Shown here: positions 19,619 through 30,042 of the stretch, in pieces
Layout: the number at the start of each line of letters is the position of its first letter
Numbering within the stretch: position 1 is the stretch's first letter
Source: an uncultured bacterium
GTDB taxonomy: Bacteria; Verrucomicrobiota; Verrucomicrobiia; Limisphaerales; UBA8199
DNA length: 64,000 nt
Assembly (NCBI GenBank): GCA_963749495.1
Contig: CAVVMW010000006.1
Location: forward strand, 1,189,837-1,253,836
Direction: 5' to 3'
The notes under the pieces: model-generated
What the model saw: the letters and a program-made list of their open reading frames with translations, nothing else
The model's database searches: none
What the model was told of the DNA's origin: nothing
Program-made: the position numbers and the translations under genes

Positions 19619-21560
19619 ATGAGCGAACTTGAGGTCATCAAATCGGCGCTCTGCGGAGCGGCCCGACGGCGTCGCTGGGCAAGGGCGTTGCGCGGGTTAT
19701 GGAGCGGCTTGCTGGTTGGGGCGGTGGTTTCGCTGCTGTTGGATGGGGCCTGGCATTTGTGGCCGCTGCCGCTGTGGACGCGGGTGGCGGTGGGGCTGGC
19801 GCCGTTTCCGTTCATGCTGGCCGGGCTGGCGCTAGGGGGGTGGCGCGCCCCGGTGATGAGCCAGGTGGCCCGCTGGGTGGACCGGCGGCAGCAACTCAAG
19901 GAGCGCCTGAGCACCGCGCTCGAAGTGGCCTCGGAGCCCAAGGCGGGTGCGTGGCGCGAATTGGTGCTGGCGGACGCCGCGCAGCACGCCCGGCAGATCG
20001 ACCCGCGCCAGCTCGTGCCGTTGAACCTGCCCAAAACGGTCACCCGCTGGGCGCTGGTGGTCCTGGCCCTGGTGTCGGGCCTCGGCTTTGTCCCCGAATA
20101 CCGCAGCAAACAGTTCCTCAAAAGCCAAAACGACCAGCAGGTCATCCGGGAGGCCGGCCGGCAGCTTGCGGATTTGACGCGCCGCACTCTGCAGGCGCGC
20201 GAGCCTGCTATCGAGCCCAAGGCCGAGAAGGCCCTCGAATCCGCGAGCGATTTGGCCGACCGCCTCACCAAGGCCAGCCTCACCCGGAGCGAGGCCCTCA
20301 AAGACATGGCCAACGTGGCCGACAAGCTCAGGGACGAACTTCGGGAGCTGGGCAAGGACCCCGCCCTCAAGCGCCTCGAACAGGCCGCACGCGCCTCCGG
20401 CGCCAGCGACTCCGCGAGCCGCCGGCCTGCAGAAACAGATCGAATCCATGCAAAAACAGCTCGGCGCGCCCACCGGCAATCCCGAGGCGATGGACAAGCT
20501 CAAGAAGGAACTCGAGAAACTCCAGGAGGCGGCCAAGGGCGCGAACGACAAGAACGGGCTGGGCGACGCGGCGAAACGCGAGGAACTCTCGAAGGCGCTC
20601 TCGGCGTTGTCGCGCCAGGCGCAGCAGATGGGGTTGCAGGTGCCGTCGCTGGACAGCGCCATCAATGCGCTGAAGGCAAACGAGGCCGGGTTGGTCCTCA
20701 AAGACCTCCAGGCCTCGGTGACGGACCTGGAGAAACTGCGCGATATGGCCAAGTCCCTCCAGCAACTCCAGCAGCAGATGGACAAGCTCGGCAAGGACCT
20801 GGCCGAGCAACTCAAGAACGGCCAGCCCGAGGCCGCCCAGGGGACGCTCAAGAAGATGGCCGCCCAGCTCAAGGCGGCCAATCTCCCGCCGGACCAACTC
20901 CAGAAGATCGCCCAGGAAGTGGCCCAGGCAGTGGCCCCGGCGGGCAACTACGGCAAGTTGGCGGACATGTTGCAGAAGGCCGGCCAACAGATGGGCGCGG
21001 GCGACCAGGCCGGCGCGTCCCAGTCGCTGGCGGCGGCGGCCAAGGAGTTGGAGCGGCTGGCCGCGCAAATGGGCGATGCCAAGGCGCTGGCGGCGGAATT
21101 GGAGGCCCTGAACGAGGCCGCATTGGCCGTCGGCACCGGCCAGCACTGGCGGCCCGGGCAACACCAGGGCCAGCCCCGCATGGGCGAGGGCGGCGAGCCC
21201 GGCGGCGGCGTCGGCACCTGGGCCGATGAAAACGCCCAATGGGACGGCCGATGGAGCCAGCATTGGGACAACACGGGCGTCGAGCGCCCCGACACCGACC
21301 CGCGGGGCCACACCGACCGCGGCGAAGGCGAGCTAAGCGACGCGCTCAAGCCGACCAAGGTCCGGGGGCAATTCTCGCCAGGCGGCCCGATGCCCAGCAT
21401 CACGTTGCGCGACGTCAGCGTCAAAGGCCAGAGCAAGATCGAGTATGAGGCCGCCGCCGCCGCCGCACAGTCCGACGCCCAAGCCGCCCTCAGCCACGAG
21501 CAGGTCCCCCGCGCTTACCAGGGCACGGTCAAGGACTACTTCGACGACCTCAAGAAGTGA
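19619..21560 (+). CDS. Membrane-anchored coiled-coil protein of the MoxR/VWA operon (frameshift near 20420)
   Basis: N-terminal TM pair, 'LKERLSTALE', Q/K/E-rich coiled coil, C-terminal 'VPRAYQGTVKDYF'. Confidence 0.8.
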
Positions 21561-21562
21561 AT

Positions 21563-22564
21563 ATGGAAACCGAACAAGCCATCGAATCTTTTCGCACCAC
21601 TTACGGGGCCCTGCGCGCCGAGATCGGCAAGGTCATCGTCGGCCACGAGCGCATCGTCGAGGGCACGCTGATCGCCCTGTTTTCCGGGGGGCACGTGCTG
21701 CTGGAGGGCGTGCCCGGGCTGGGCAAGACCCTGCTGGTGCGCACGCTCAGCGAGGTGCTCGACCTGGCCTTCAACCGCATCCAGTTCACGCCCGACCTCA
21801 TGCCGGCCGACATCCTGGGCACGAACATCGTCATGGAAGCCGCCGGCGGACGGCGCGAGTTCGAGTTCCAGCGCGGCCCGATCTTCGCCAACCTCATCCT
21901 GGCCGACGAAATCAACCGCGCGACCCCCAAGACACAGTCGGCGCTGCTGGAGGCGATGCAGGAGCACCAGGTGACGGCCGGCGGCCAATTGCGCCGGCTC
22001 ATCGAGCCGTTCTTCGTGATGGCCACGCAGAACCCGATCGACCAGGAGGGCACCTATCCGTTGCCCGAGGCGCAACTGGACCGGTTCTTCTTCAAGATCC
22101 TCGTCGGCTATCCCTCCGGCGAGGAGCTGGCCGAGGTCCTCACCCGCACCACCGCCGGCGCCCGCATCGGCGTCGATAAGGTCCTCGATGGCGCCAGGCT
22201 CATCGAATTGATGCAGTTGGTGCGCGAGGTCCCCGTGGCTTCCCATGTCAAGGACTACGCGGTCCGGCTCGTCCAGGCCACCCATCCCAAGACCGAGACC
22301 GGCGCGCCCATTGCCTCCCAGTACCTGCGCTTCGGCAGCAGCCCGCGCGGCGGCCAGGCCCTGATCCTGGCCGGCAAAGTCCGCGCCCTCATCGATGGCC
22401 GCTTCAACGTCAGCTTCGACAACCTCGAGGCCGTCGCCCCAGCCGCCCTGCGCCACCGGCTCATCCTCAACTTCGAGGCCGAAGCCGAGGGCATCACGAC
22501 CGACCACATCATCGCCCAGGTCCTCAAGGACGTGCCTCAAGACGCGCAGGCCGTCAATGCGTGA
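21563..22564 (+). CDS. moxR: MoxR family AAA+ ATPase
   Basis: 'HVLLEGVPGLGKT', 'RIQFTPDLMPADILG', 'LADEINRA.PKTQSALLEAM', 'ATQNP..QEGTYPLPEAQLDRF'. Confidence 0.96.
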   Translation: METEQAIESFRTTYGALRAEIGKVIVGHERIVEGTLIALFSGGHVLLEGVPGLGKTLLVRTLSEVLDLAFNRIQFTPDLMPADILGTNIVMEAAGGRREFEFQRGPIFANLILADEINRATPKTQSALLEAMQEHQVTAGGQLRRLIEPFFVMATQNPIDQEGTYPLPEAQLDRFFFKILVGYPSGEELAEVLTRTTAGARIGVDKVLDGARLIELMQLVREVPVASHVKDYAVRLVQATHPKTETGAPIASQYLRFGSSPRGGQALILAGKVRALIDGRFNVSFDNLEAVAPAALRHRLILNFEAEAEGITTDHIIAQVLKDVPQDAQAVNA

Positions 22565-22613
22565 TGAGCGGCCGAGTGCGATTAAAAGCGTCGGGCCTGC
22601 GCCTCGGGAGTTT

Positions 22614-22802
22614 TGTCCCGGAGGGACATCTGACAATAGCCCGGCGTTTCAACGCCGGGGAGGCCACAAAACGGACCCTCGTCCCGAAGGGACGATTGAG
22701 AACACTCCTTGCTTTCAGCCGTCCCTTCGGGACGGACCTGCTCCTTGGGTCCGCTCACCCGGCGTTGAAACGCCGGGCTATTGTCGGAAGCCCCTGCGGG
22801 GC
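22614..22802. repeat. REP-like palindrome family C
   Basis: GACAATAGCCCGGCGTTTCAACGCCGGG / CCCGGCGTTGAAACGCCGGGCTATTGTC with inner CGTCCCGAAGGGACG / CGTCCCTTCGGGACG. Confidence 0.85.
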
Positions 22803-22875
22803 AAAACCACGCCGTGGGCTGACCGACAGTTTTAATCGCACCCCGACCAGCCCGTGCGCGGTCCCGTGACACCCG

Positions 22876-23805
22876 ATGCCCCCTCCGCTCCTCACCCCTG
22901 AGCTCCTGCGCCGGCTCGAGCAGTTCCAACTCCTGGCAGCCCGCCGCGCCAAGAGCTCCGCCAAAGGCGAGCGCCGCAGCCGCGCCCGCGGCCAATCCGT
23001 CGAGTTCGCCGACTACCGCGATTACGTCCCCGGCGACGACTTCCGCTACCTGGATTGGAACCTCTACGGGCGGCTGGAACGGCTGTTTCTCAAACTCTAC
23101 GAAGAGGAGCGCGAACTGCCCGTGCGCATCTTCCTGGATGCCAGCGAATCGATGACGTTTGGCGAGCCGCGCAAATTCGACTTCGCCCGGCAGGTCGCCG
23201 CCGCCGTGGGCTATGTGGCCCTCTCGGGCTTTGACCGGGTCAGCGTGATCCCCTTTCCTGAGCTTGCCGGCAGCGACGGGCCGAATCGCGCCGAGCGCAT
23301 GGCGGAACTGGCGGCGCGGGGCGCGTTGCGCTCGGTCCGTGGCAAGCGCTCGGCCATCCAGTTCTTCAGCAACCTGAGCGCCTTGAGCGCCGGCGGCCCG
23401 GCTAACCTGAACCAGACCCTGCGCCGGGGCGCCATCGAGGCCCGCCACGCCGGCGTCGCCATCGTGCTGAGCGATTTCCTGGACCCGGCCGGCTATGACT
23501 CGGGCCTGACGGCGCTGGTCGGGCGGGGTTTCCAGGTGGACCTGGTCCAGATCCTGGCCCCCGAGGAGTTGTCGCCGGTGACGTTCGGCGATTTGCGGCT
23601 GGTGGATAGCGAGACTGGCGCGATGCAGGAGGTCACCTTCGGCCGCTACCGGATGAAGGCCTACCGGCAAACCGTGCAGAACTTCATCCAGCGCCTCCGC
23701 GAGTTCTGCCAGGGCCGCGGCATCAACTTCTTCACCGCCAGCTCGAACACGCCGCTGGAGGAACTGCTCCTGAAGCAGCTCAGAAAGGCGGAGGTGTGGG
23801 GGTGA
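22876..23805 (+). CDS. DUF58 domain protein
   Basis: 'GQSVEFADYRDYVPGDDFRYLDWN', 'IFLDASESM', 'IVLSDFL'. Confidence 0.95.
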   Translation: MPPPLLTPELLRRLEQFQLLAARRAKSSAKGERRSRARGQSVEFADYRDYVPGDDFRYLDWNLYGRLERLFLKLYEEERELPVRIFLDASESMTFGEPRKFDFARQVAAAVGYVALSGFDRVSVIPFPELAGSDGPNRAERMAELAARGALRSVRGKRSAIQFFSNLSALSAGGPANLNQTLRRGAIEARHAGVAIVLSDFLDPAGYDSGLTALVGRGFQVDLVQILAPEELSPVTFGDLRLVDSETGAMQEVTFGRYRMKAYRQTVQNFIQRLREFCQGRGINFFTASSNTPLEELLLKQLRKAEVWG

Positions 23806-23806
23806 G

Positions 23807-23962
23807 GAATGACGAATGACGAATGACGAATGACGAATGCGGAGCAAAGAGAATGGGATTCCCGGGTATGCGGGGGTTCTGATCGCGGGTTTCCTCCCGA
23901 GGCGACGTGTCATCGGTTGGTGTCCGGCCGATTCGTCATTCGTCATTCGTCATTCGTCATTC
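23807..23962. repeat. Inverted pair of GAATGAC arrays (intra-operon)
   Basis: (GAATGAC)n at 23807-23839 and (ATTCGTC)n at 23931-23962. Confidence 0.9.
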
Positions 23963-23981
23963 CGCGCCCGGTACCTGGGAC

Positions 23982-25823
23982 ATGCACTTCCTAAGCCCAA
24001 CTGCCCTCGCCTTCGCCGCCACCATCCCGGTGGTGGTGCTCTTCTACCTGCTCAAGCGCCGGCGGGTGGTGAAGTTGGTCTCCAGCACACTGCTCTGGCG
24101 GCGGTTTCTGTCCGAGACCCAGGCCAGCGCGCCGTTCCAGCGGCTGCGGAAGAACTGGCTCTTGATTCTCCAGGTCCTCCTGCTGGCGCTGGCGGTGTTC
24201 GCCCTGTCGCGGCCTTATTTTGCCGCCAGGGCCAAGCCGGCCCAGTTGCGAGTGGTCATCCTGGATGCCTCGGCCTCGATGCAGGCGGTGGATGAATCGC
24301 CCTCGCGTTTCGAGAAGGCCCGCGCCGAGGCGCTCAAATGGGTGGACAGCCTGGCCGGGAGCGACCAGATGGTGGTGTTGCTGGCTGGGGCCAATGCCGA
24401 GGTCAAGCAGTCGGCCACCAGCGAGAAGGTCCTGCTGCGCCGCGCCTTGGCGGCCTGCGCCTGCTCGGATTCCCCCACGCGCCTGCTCCCCGCCCTCAGG
24501 ATGGCCGAGTCCCTCGTGCGCCACCAGAACGATGCCGAGGTCCACCTCTTCAGCGACGGCGCCGCCCCGGAGTTGGACCAGTTCGAGAGCAAAGACCGGC
24601 CGCTGCCGCTCATCTATCATCGGGTCGGCAAGGGCTCGAACAACCTTGGCATCACCGGCCTGGACGCCCGCGCCAATCCCGAGGACACCCGGCAACGGGC
24701 CGTCTATGCCAACATTGCCAATTTCTCGACCAACAACCTCGATACCGAAGTCGAGTTGTTGTTCGAGGAGCGGCTCATCCAGACGCGCCCGCTGAGCGTG
24801 CCCGCCGGCCAAAGCTCGCCCCAGGTCTTCATTGCCAACCAGGCCCGCAACGGGGTCTTCACGGTCCGGCTGACCGCCAAAGACGACCTGGCCGCGGACA
24901 ACCAGGCCTCGATCGTGAGCCTGTTGCCCAAGCCGGTGAAGGTCCTGCTGGTCACACGCGGCAACCGGTTCCTGGAGCGGGCCCTGCGCGCCGCCCCCGG
25001 CGTGGACCTCGCGGTGGCCCCCGACTTGGCCGAGCCGGGCGCCGGCTACGACTTCGTGGTGCTCGACGCCGTCGCGCCCACGGTTTGGCCGAAGGGCAAC
25101 GTCCTGGCGATTCACGTCCCCAACACCAACTGGGTCGAGAGCATGACCAGCGTCGAGTGGCCGCCCATTGTGGACTGGCGCAGCGCGCACCCGCTCATGC
25201 GGTACACCAGCTTCGACAACGTCCAGGTCAAGGAGAGTCTCACGGCCAAGACCCCCAGTTGGGCGGTCTCGCTGGCGGACGCGCCGCAGGCCTCGCTCAT
25301 GCTGGCCGGCGACTTGGGCCGGCAACGCATCATCTGGATCGGCTTCGACCTGCTCGATAGCAACTGGCCCCTGCGGGTCTCGTTCCCCATCTTCATCGCC
25401 AACGCCGTCGAGTGGCTCAACCCGGCCAATGCCCAGGGCAGCCAGTTGCTGGTCAAGGCGGGCGAGACCTTCCGCCTGGCCCTGGCACGCCCGGAAACCA
25501 GCGCGCAAGTGACCTACCCCGGCGGCCAGACCCGCACCCTGCCCCTCGACCCCAACGCCAACGAATTCGTCTTCGGCGACACCTTCAAGCAAGGCGTCTA
25601 TCAACTCCACCTGGGCACCAATGACACCGTCTTTTGCGTGAACCTCCTCGACGCCGCCGAGAGCAACATCCAACCCCGCGAGGAGCTGCAACTGGGCAAA
25701 TACACCAAGGTGCGGGCGACCTCGATGCAGCGCGCCAATATGGAGGTCTGGCGCACGATTGCCGGCCTGGCCCTGCTCGTCCTGCTGGGCGAGTGGTGGT
25801 ACTACCATCGGAGGACCGTCTGA
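23982..25823 (+). CDS. BatA N-terminal + VWA domain membrane protein
   Basis: 'MHFLSP..L.....P.....Y.LK', 'LSRP', MIDAS 'VILDASASM', C-terminal TM '..LLGEWW'. Confidence 0.9.
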   Translation: MHFLSPTALAFAATIPVVVLFYLLKRRRVVKLVSSTLLWRRFLSETQASAPFQRLRKNWLLILQVLLLALAVFALSRPYFAARAKPAQLRVVILDASASMQAVDESPSRFEKARAEALKWVDSLAGSDQMVVLLAGANAEVKQSATSEKVLLRRALAACACSDSPTRLLPALRMAESLVRHQNDAEVHLFSDGAAPELDQFESKDRPLPLIYHRVGKGSNNLGITGLDARANPEDTRQRAVYANIANFSTNNLDTEVELLFEERLIQTRPLSVPAGQSSPQVFIANQARNGVFTVRLTAKDDLAADNQASIVSLLPKPVKVLLVTRGNRFLERALRAAPGVDLAVAPDLAEPGAGYDFVVLDAVAPTVWPKGNVLAIHVPNTNWVESMTSVEWPPIVDWRSAHPLMRYTSFDNVQVKESLTAKTPSWAVSLADAPQASLMLAGDLGRQRIIWIGFDLLDSNWPLRVSFPIFIANAVEWLNPANAQGSQLLVKAGETFRLALARPETSAQVTYPGGQTRTLPLDPNANEFVFGDTFKQGVYQLHLGTNDTVFCVNLLDAAESNIQPREELQLGKYTKVRATSMQRANMEVWRTIAGLALLVLLGEWWYYHRRTV

Positions 25824-26002
25824 GTGCGGAGCGTCCCCAGTGCGGAGTGCGGAATGCGGAGTGGGCGCGGGCGAACGCCTGAGGAAAACGGGGGCGCCCA
25901 GAAGCGGGGTCTGGAATGACGAATGACGAATGACGAATGACGAATGACTGCACACGGGGGCAAAATTGCACGTGCCGCGATTGCGCGGGCCAGGACCCTT
26001 CA

Positions 26003-26221
26003 GCACCGCGTAGCGGTGCGTGATGGTAGCTGTGGACTTCCAGTCCACGGATCCATGGCCCAAGCTCACCCGCGTCGCGTAGCGACGCCTGAAAATACAA
26101 CTGGAGCCAGATCTGCCAGCGCCGGGCCGTCAGGCGTCGCTACGCGACGCGCGAGCGTCCGCGCGCCCCAAACCGTGGACCGAGGTCCACGGCTACCTTC
26201 ACTGCGTGGCTCCGCGACGCG
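26003..26221. repeat. REP-like palindrome family D
   Basis: GTGGACTTCCAGTCCAC and GCGTCGCGTAGCGACGC units. Reverse copy at 60263-60458. Confidence 0.85.
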
Positions 26222-26231
26222 CTCGTTGCGC

Positions 26232-27149
26232 ATGCTCGCGGCCGCCGTTCTGGCCTTGGCTTTCCTGGCTATTACTAGCACCCTGAACGCCGCCGGTGGC
26301 CAGGTCGTGGCCTATTGCGCGCAGGACCAGGACTTCGCCGAGCCGATCCTGCGCGATTTCGAGAAGGAGACCGGAATCAAGGTCCGCGCGGTCTATGACA
26401 GCGAAGCGGTCAAGACCGTGGGCCTGGCCAATCGCCTGCTGGCCGAGCGGGCGCACGCGCAGTGCGACGTGTTCTGGGGCAACGAAGAGATGCGCGCGCG
26501 CCAGCTTGCCGCTCGGAACGTCCTCCGCCAGACCAACGGCTGGGCCGCCTTCGGCTGCCGCAGCCGCCGCCTGGTCATCAACACCAACTGCCTCTCGCTC
26601 GCGACGGCCCCACGCTCCCTGGCACAGTTGACCAACGCCGCCTGGCGCGGCAAGCTGGCCATGGCCCTGCCACAGTTCGGCACGACCTCGACCCATTTCC
26701 ATGCGCTGCGCCAGGCCTGGGGCCCCGCGCGATGGCTCGCCTGGTGCCGCGCTCTGGCGGCCAACAAACCGTTCCTGGTGGACGGCAACTCGGTGGTCGT
26801 CAAACTGGTCGGCAGCGGCCAGGCCTGGCTCGGCCTGACCGATTCTGACGACATTGCCGCCGGCCAGCGCGAGGCCTTGCCCGTCGCCGCCCTCCCCCTG
26901 TCCGAGGACATGCTCCTCATCCCCAATACCGTCGCCGTGACGCGCAATGCCCCGCACCCTGCGGCCGCCCAGCGCCTTTTCGATTACCTCCAGCGCCCCC
27001 AAGTGATCCAGCGCTTGATCGCCGCCCATGCCCTCGAAGCCCCTTCGCCCGACGCCGTCGCGGCGCCCACATTGAAACCGAACTGGGACGACCTCCTCCG
27101 CGACCTCGACCCCGCCACGGCGCAGTTAAACGAAATCTTCCTGCGATGA
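26232..27149 (+). CDS. ABC transporter substrate-binding protein (Fe3+/thiamine-type)
   Basis: 'VVAYCAQDQ.FAEPIL..FEKETGIKV', 'DVFWGNE', 'LTDSDD', 'IPNTVA'. Confidence 0.88.
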   Translation: MLAAAVLALAFLAITSTLNAAGGQVVAYCAQDQDFAEPILRDFEKETGIKVRAVYDSEAVKTVGLANRLLAERAHAQCDVFWGNEEMRARQLAARNVLRQTNGWAAFGCRSRRLVINTNCLSLATAPRSLAQLTNAAWRGKLAMALPQFGTTSTHFHALRQAWGPARWLAWCRALAANKPFLVDGNSVVVKLVGSGQAWLGLTDSDDIAAGQREALPVAALPLSEDMLLIPNTVAVTRNAPHPAAAQRLFDYLQRPQVIQRLIAAHALEAPSPDAVAAPTLKPNWDDLLRDLDPATAQLNEIFLR

Positions 27150-27291
27150 GCACACTAGCCACCCTCCGACCCGTTGGACACACGGCCACCGCCATCCGCA
27201 GGCCACCGCCCGCGCTCTCCGCTTTCGTCATTCGTCATTCGTCATTCGTCATTTCCCATTCCGCACTCCGCACTCCGCACTCCGCACTCGA

Positions 27292-30042
27292 ATGAACTGG
27301 CCCCTTTTGAGAAACAGCCTGCTGGTCAGCACGCTTGCCACGCTGCTGGCGGTGGCCTTTGGGCTGGCGGCGGCGCTCTGGGCGGCGGGCCTGCCGGGGC
27401 GCTGGCAGAGGCGGTTGCTGGGGGTGGCGGTGATGGCGCTGGCATTGCCGCCCTTCCTGGCGGCCAACTGCTGGCTCCATTACCTGGGCCAGGCGGGCGT
27501 ATGGCACCGGTGGCTGCCGCTGGACATCGTCTCGCCGGGCGGGACGGTCTGGATACTGGGCCTGCTGACCTGGCCGATCACGCTGCTGGCAGTGTGGGGC
27601 GCGTGGCGGCGGCTCGAACCGGCCCAATTGGAGAGCGACCCTCGGGTGAGGGGCTGGGCGCTCTTTCGGGGCCTGCTCCTGCCGCTGGGGCGCAATGCCC
27701 TGGCCCAGGCGGCCGTCCTGACGTTTGTCCTGGCGCTGAACAATTTCGCCGTGCCCACGATCCTGCAGGTCCGGGTCTTTCCCGCGGAGGTCTGGGTGCG
27801 GTTCTCGGCAAACCTCGACGCGCTGGGGGCGTTGAGTTTGAGTTGGCCCCTGGTGCTGGGGCCTTTGCTGCTGCTGCTCTGGTTCATCGGCCAGGAGATC
27901 CCCTGGCCCAGGGTCGAGGGCCCGGTGCCGCCAAAGCTCTTCCGCCGTCACCTGGGCGGACCCTGGTTCTGGTCCTGCGGCGCCCTCACGCTCTCGGTTT
28001 GTGTTCTGGCCGTGGGCCTGCCGCTCTTCCAACTCGCCGCGGCCCGGCGGACCTGGACCGAACTGCCCGGCGCCCTGGCGGCGGGCCAGGGGGCGCTCTT
28101 CAACTCGGCGTGGTTTGCCGCCGTGTCCGCCACGCTGGTCGTTGGGCTGGGCCTGGCGGCCTCCAGAAGCCATTTCCACGGCCAAGAAGTTCTCGGCTGG
28201 CTGCTCTCGCGTTTCACGTTTCACGTTTCACGTTTCACGTTTCATTTCAGAGGCCAAGAGATTCTCGGCTGGGTGCTCTGGTTGCCCCTCCTGGTTCCGG
28301 GCGTGCTGCTGGGAATCGGATTGATAGCGGTGTTCAACCGGGACTGGTCCCTGCTCTTTTACCGGAGCGCGGGCATCGTGGTCCTGGCCTTTGTGGTCCG
28401 CTACCTGGCCCTGGGTTGGAACACCATGTCCCATGCGGCGCGCGGGGTGGACCCGGACCTGACCGATGCCGCGCGTCTGGAGGGCGCCACGAGCTGGCAA
28501 CTCCTGCGCCACGTCATCTGGCCCCAGGTCGCCCCGCAGGCCGCCGCGGCCTGGTACGTCGTCTTCCTGCTCTGCCTCTGGGATGTCGAGTCCATCATCC
28601 TGGTCGTGCCGCCCGGGGGCGAGACCTTGTCCCTCCGGGTATTCAACCTCCTGCACTACGGCCACAACGCCCAGGTCAACGCGCTGTGCCTCATCCTCCT
28701 GGGACTGGCGGTGGCCCCGCTGGCGCTGTGGATGGGCGGGCGCGCTGTGAGCGGCTGTCTGACGGGTCGGACCTGTCGGACTGGTCGGACACTAGCTCTG
28801 CCCGCCTTGTTACTGGGGCTCCTGGCCGGCTGCTCGCCCCCTCCCTCCTCCAACGAAGCCCCCCTCCAAAGCCGTCTCTTCAGCCGCGCGCAAATCATCG
28901 GCTCCCGCGGCGTGGGTTTGGGCCAGTTCAACAAGCCGCGCTCGGTGGCGGTGGACCTCGAGGACAATCTCTACGTGGTGGACATGACGGGGCGGGTGCA
29001 GAAGTTCTCCTCCAACGGGCTGTTCCTGCTCTCGTGGCAGATGCCGCAGACCGACCTGGGCAAGCCCAAGGGGATGTGCCGCGACGGCCAAGGCAACATT
29101 GTGGTTGTCGAGCCGCACTACCAGCGTGTAAACCATTTCACGCCGGCGGGCCAGTTGGCGGCCCAATGGGGCCGGCGCGGCACCAATGCCGGCCAATTCA
29201 TGTTGCCTCGGGCAGTGGCGGTGAACTCTCAAGACCAGATCCTGGTGAGCGAATACGGCCCGGCCGAGCGGGTCCAGCGGTTCAGCCTGACGATGGCGGG
29301 GCTTGGCCGACCCCTCACCCCGACCCTCTCCCCATCGGATGGGGAGAGGGGGCAGCAAGCCACCGCTCTCGCAAGCTCGAGCGCCTCGGGATTCCTCGAC
29401 CAACCATCGACGGTCCACCCTCTCCCCGTCGGACGGGGAGAGGGCCGGGGTGAGGGGAAGGAGGCGGCCGAACCAAAGCAGGTGCCCGAAACGGAGCTGC
29501 GCGGACCCGGCCCGGTCTCGTCCGCCCCGCCCTTCCTGGATGGCTTCGGCCGGCCCGGCAACGGACCCGGTCAGTTCAATCGCCCGGAGGGGTTGTGCCT
29601 GGATGCCAGCGACCGCATCTACGTGGCCGATTCCTGCAACCACCGCATCGAGGTCTTCTCGAGCGACGGCAGGTTCCTGCGCGCCTACGGCAAGGCCGGC
29701 AAGGGGCCGGGCCAGTTCAGCTATCCCTACGACATCCGCGTGGACGGCTCCGGGCGGCAGTACGTCTGCGAGTTCGGCAACAGCCGCATCCAGGTCTTCG
29801 ACGCCCATGACCGGCTCATCGAGATCATCGGCGGCCCCGGCGCTTTGCCGGGCCAGTTCAACAATCCCTGGAGCCTCGCCCTGGATTCCGCCGGCAACCT
29901 CTACGTGGCTGATTCACAAAACCACAGGGTCCAAAAACTAGTCCACAGTCCAGAGTCCACAGTCCACAGTCCAGGGTCCACAGTCCACAGTCCAGGGTCC
30001 ACAGTCCACCGTCCAGAGTCCACAGTCCACAGTCCAGGATGA
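27292..30042 (+). CDS. ABC permease (two TM modules) fused to NHL-repeat beta-propeller
   Basis: 'L.NSLLVS', EAA-like 'LTDAARLEGA', 'VPPGGETL', then 'LLAGCS' and NHL repeats 'GQFNKPRSVAVD', 'GQFNRPEG', 'LYVADSQNHRVQK'. Confidence 0.8.
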   Translation: MNWPLLRNSLLVSTLATLLAVAFGLAAALWAAGLPGRWQRRLLGVAVMALALPPFLAANCWLHYLGQAGVWHRWLPLDIVSPGGTVWILGLLTWPITLLAVWGAWRRLEPAQLESDPRVRGWALFRGLLLPLGRNALAQAAVLTFVLALNNFAVPTILQVRVFPAEVWVRFSANLDALGALSLSWPLVLGPLLLLLWFIGQEIPWPRVEGPVPPKLFRRHLGGPWFWSCGALTLSVCVLAVGLPLFQLAAARRTWTELPGALAAGQGALFNSAWFAAVSATLVVGLGLAASRSHFHGQEVLGWLLSRFTFHVSRFTFHFRGQEILGWVLWLPLLVPGVLLGIGLIAVFNRDWSLLFYRSAGIVVLAFVVRYLALGWNTMSHAARGVDPDLTDAARLEGATSWQLLRHVIWPQVAPQAAAAWYVVFLLCLWDVESIILVVPPGGETLSLRVFNLLHYGHNAQVNALCLILLGLAVAPLALWMGGRAVSGCLTGRTCRTGRTLALPALLLGLLAGCSPPPSSNEAPLQSRLFSRAQIIGSRGVGLGQFNKPRSVAVDLEDNLYVVDMTGRVQKFSSNGLFLLSWQMPQTDLGKPKGMCRDGQGNIVVVEPHYQRVNHFTPAGQLAAQWGRRGTNAGQFMLPRAVAVNSQDQILVSEYGPAERVQRFSLTMAGLGRPLTPTLSPSDGERGQQATALASSSASGFLDQPSTVHPLPVGRGEGRGEGKEAAEPKQVPETELRGPGPVSSAPPFLDGFGRPGNGPGQFNRPEGLCLDASDRIYVADSCNHRIEVFSSDGRFLRAYGKAGKGPGQFSYPYDIRVDGSGRQYVCEFGNSRIQVFDAHDRLIEIIGGPGALPGQFNNPWSLALDSAGNLYVADSQNHRVQKLVHSPESTVHSPGSTVHSPGSTVHRPESTVHSPG
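29311..29457. repeat. REP-like palindrome family E, in frame inside the NHL domain
   Basis: CCCCTCACCCCGACCCTCTCCCCATCGGATGGGGAGAGGG ... CCCTCTCCCCGTCGGACGGGGAGAGGGCCGGGGTGAGGGG. Intergenic copy at 53946-54091. Confidence 0.9.
29940..30036. repeat. 7-bp tandem repeat GTCCA(CA/GA/GG) encoding the permease-NHL C-terminus
   Basis: About 14 units translating to (STVHSPG/E)n. Confidence 0.9.
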
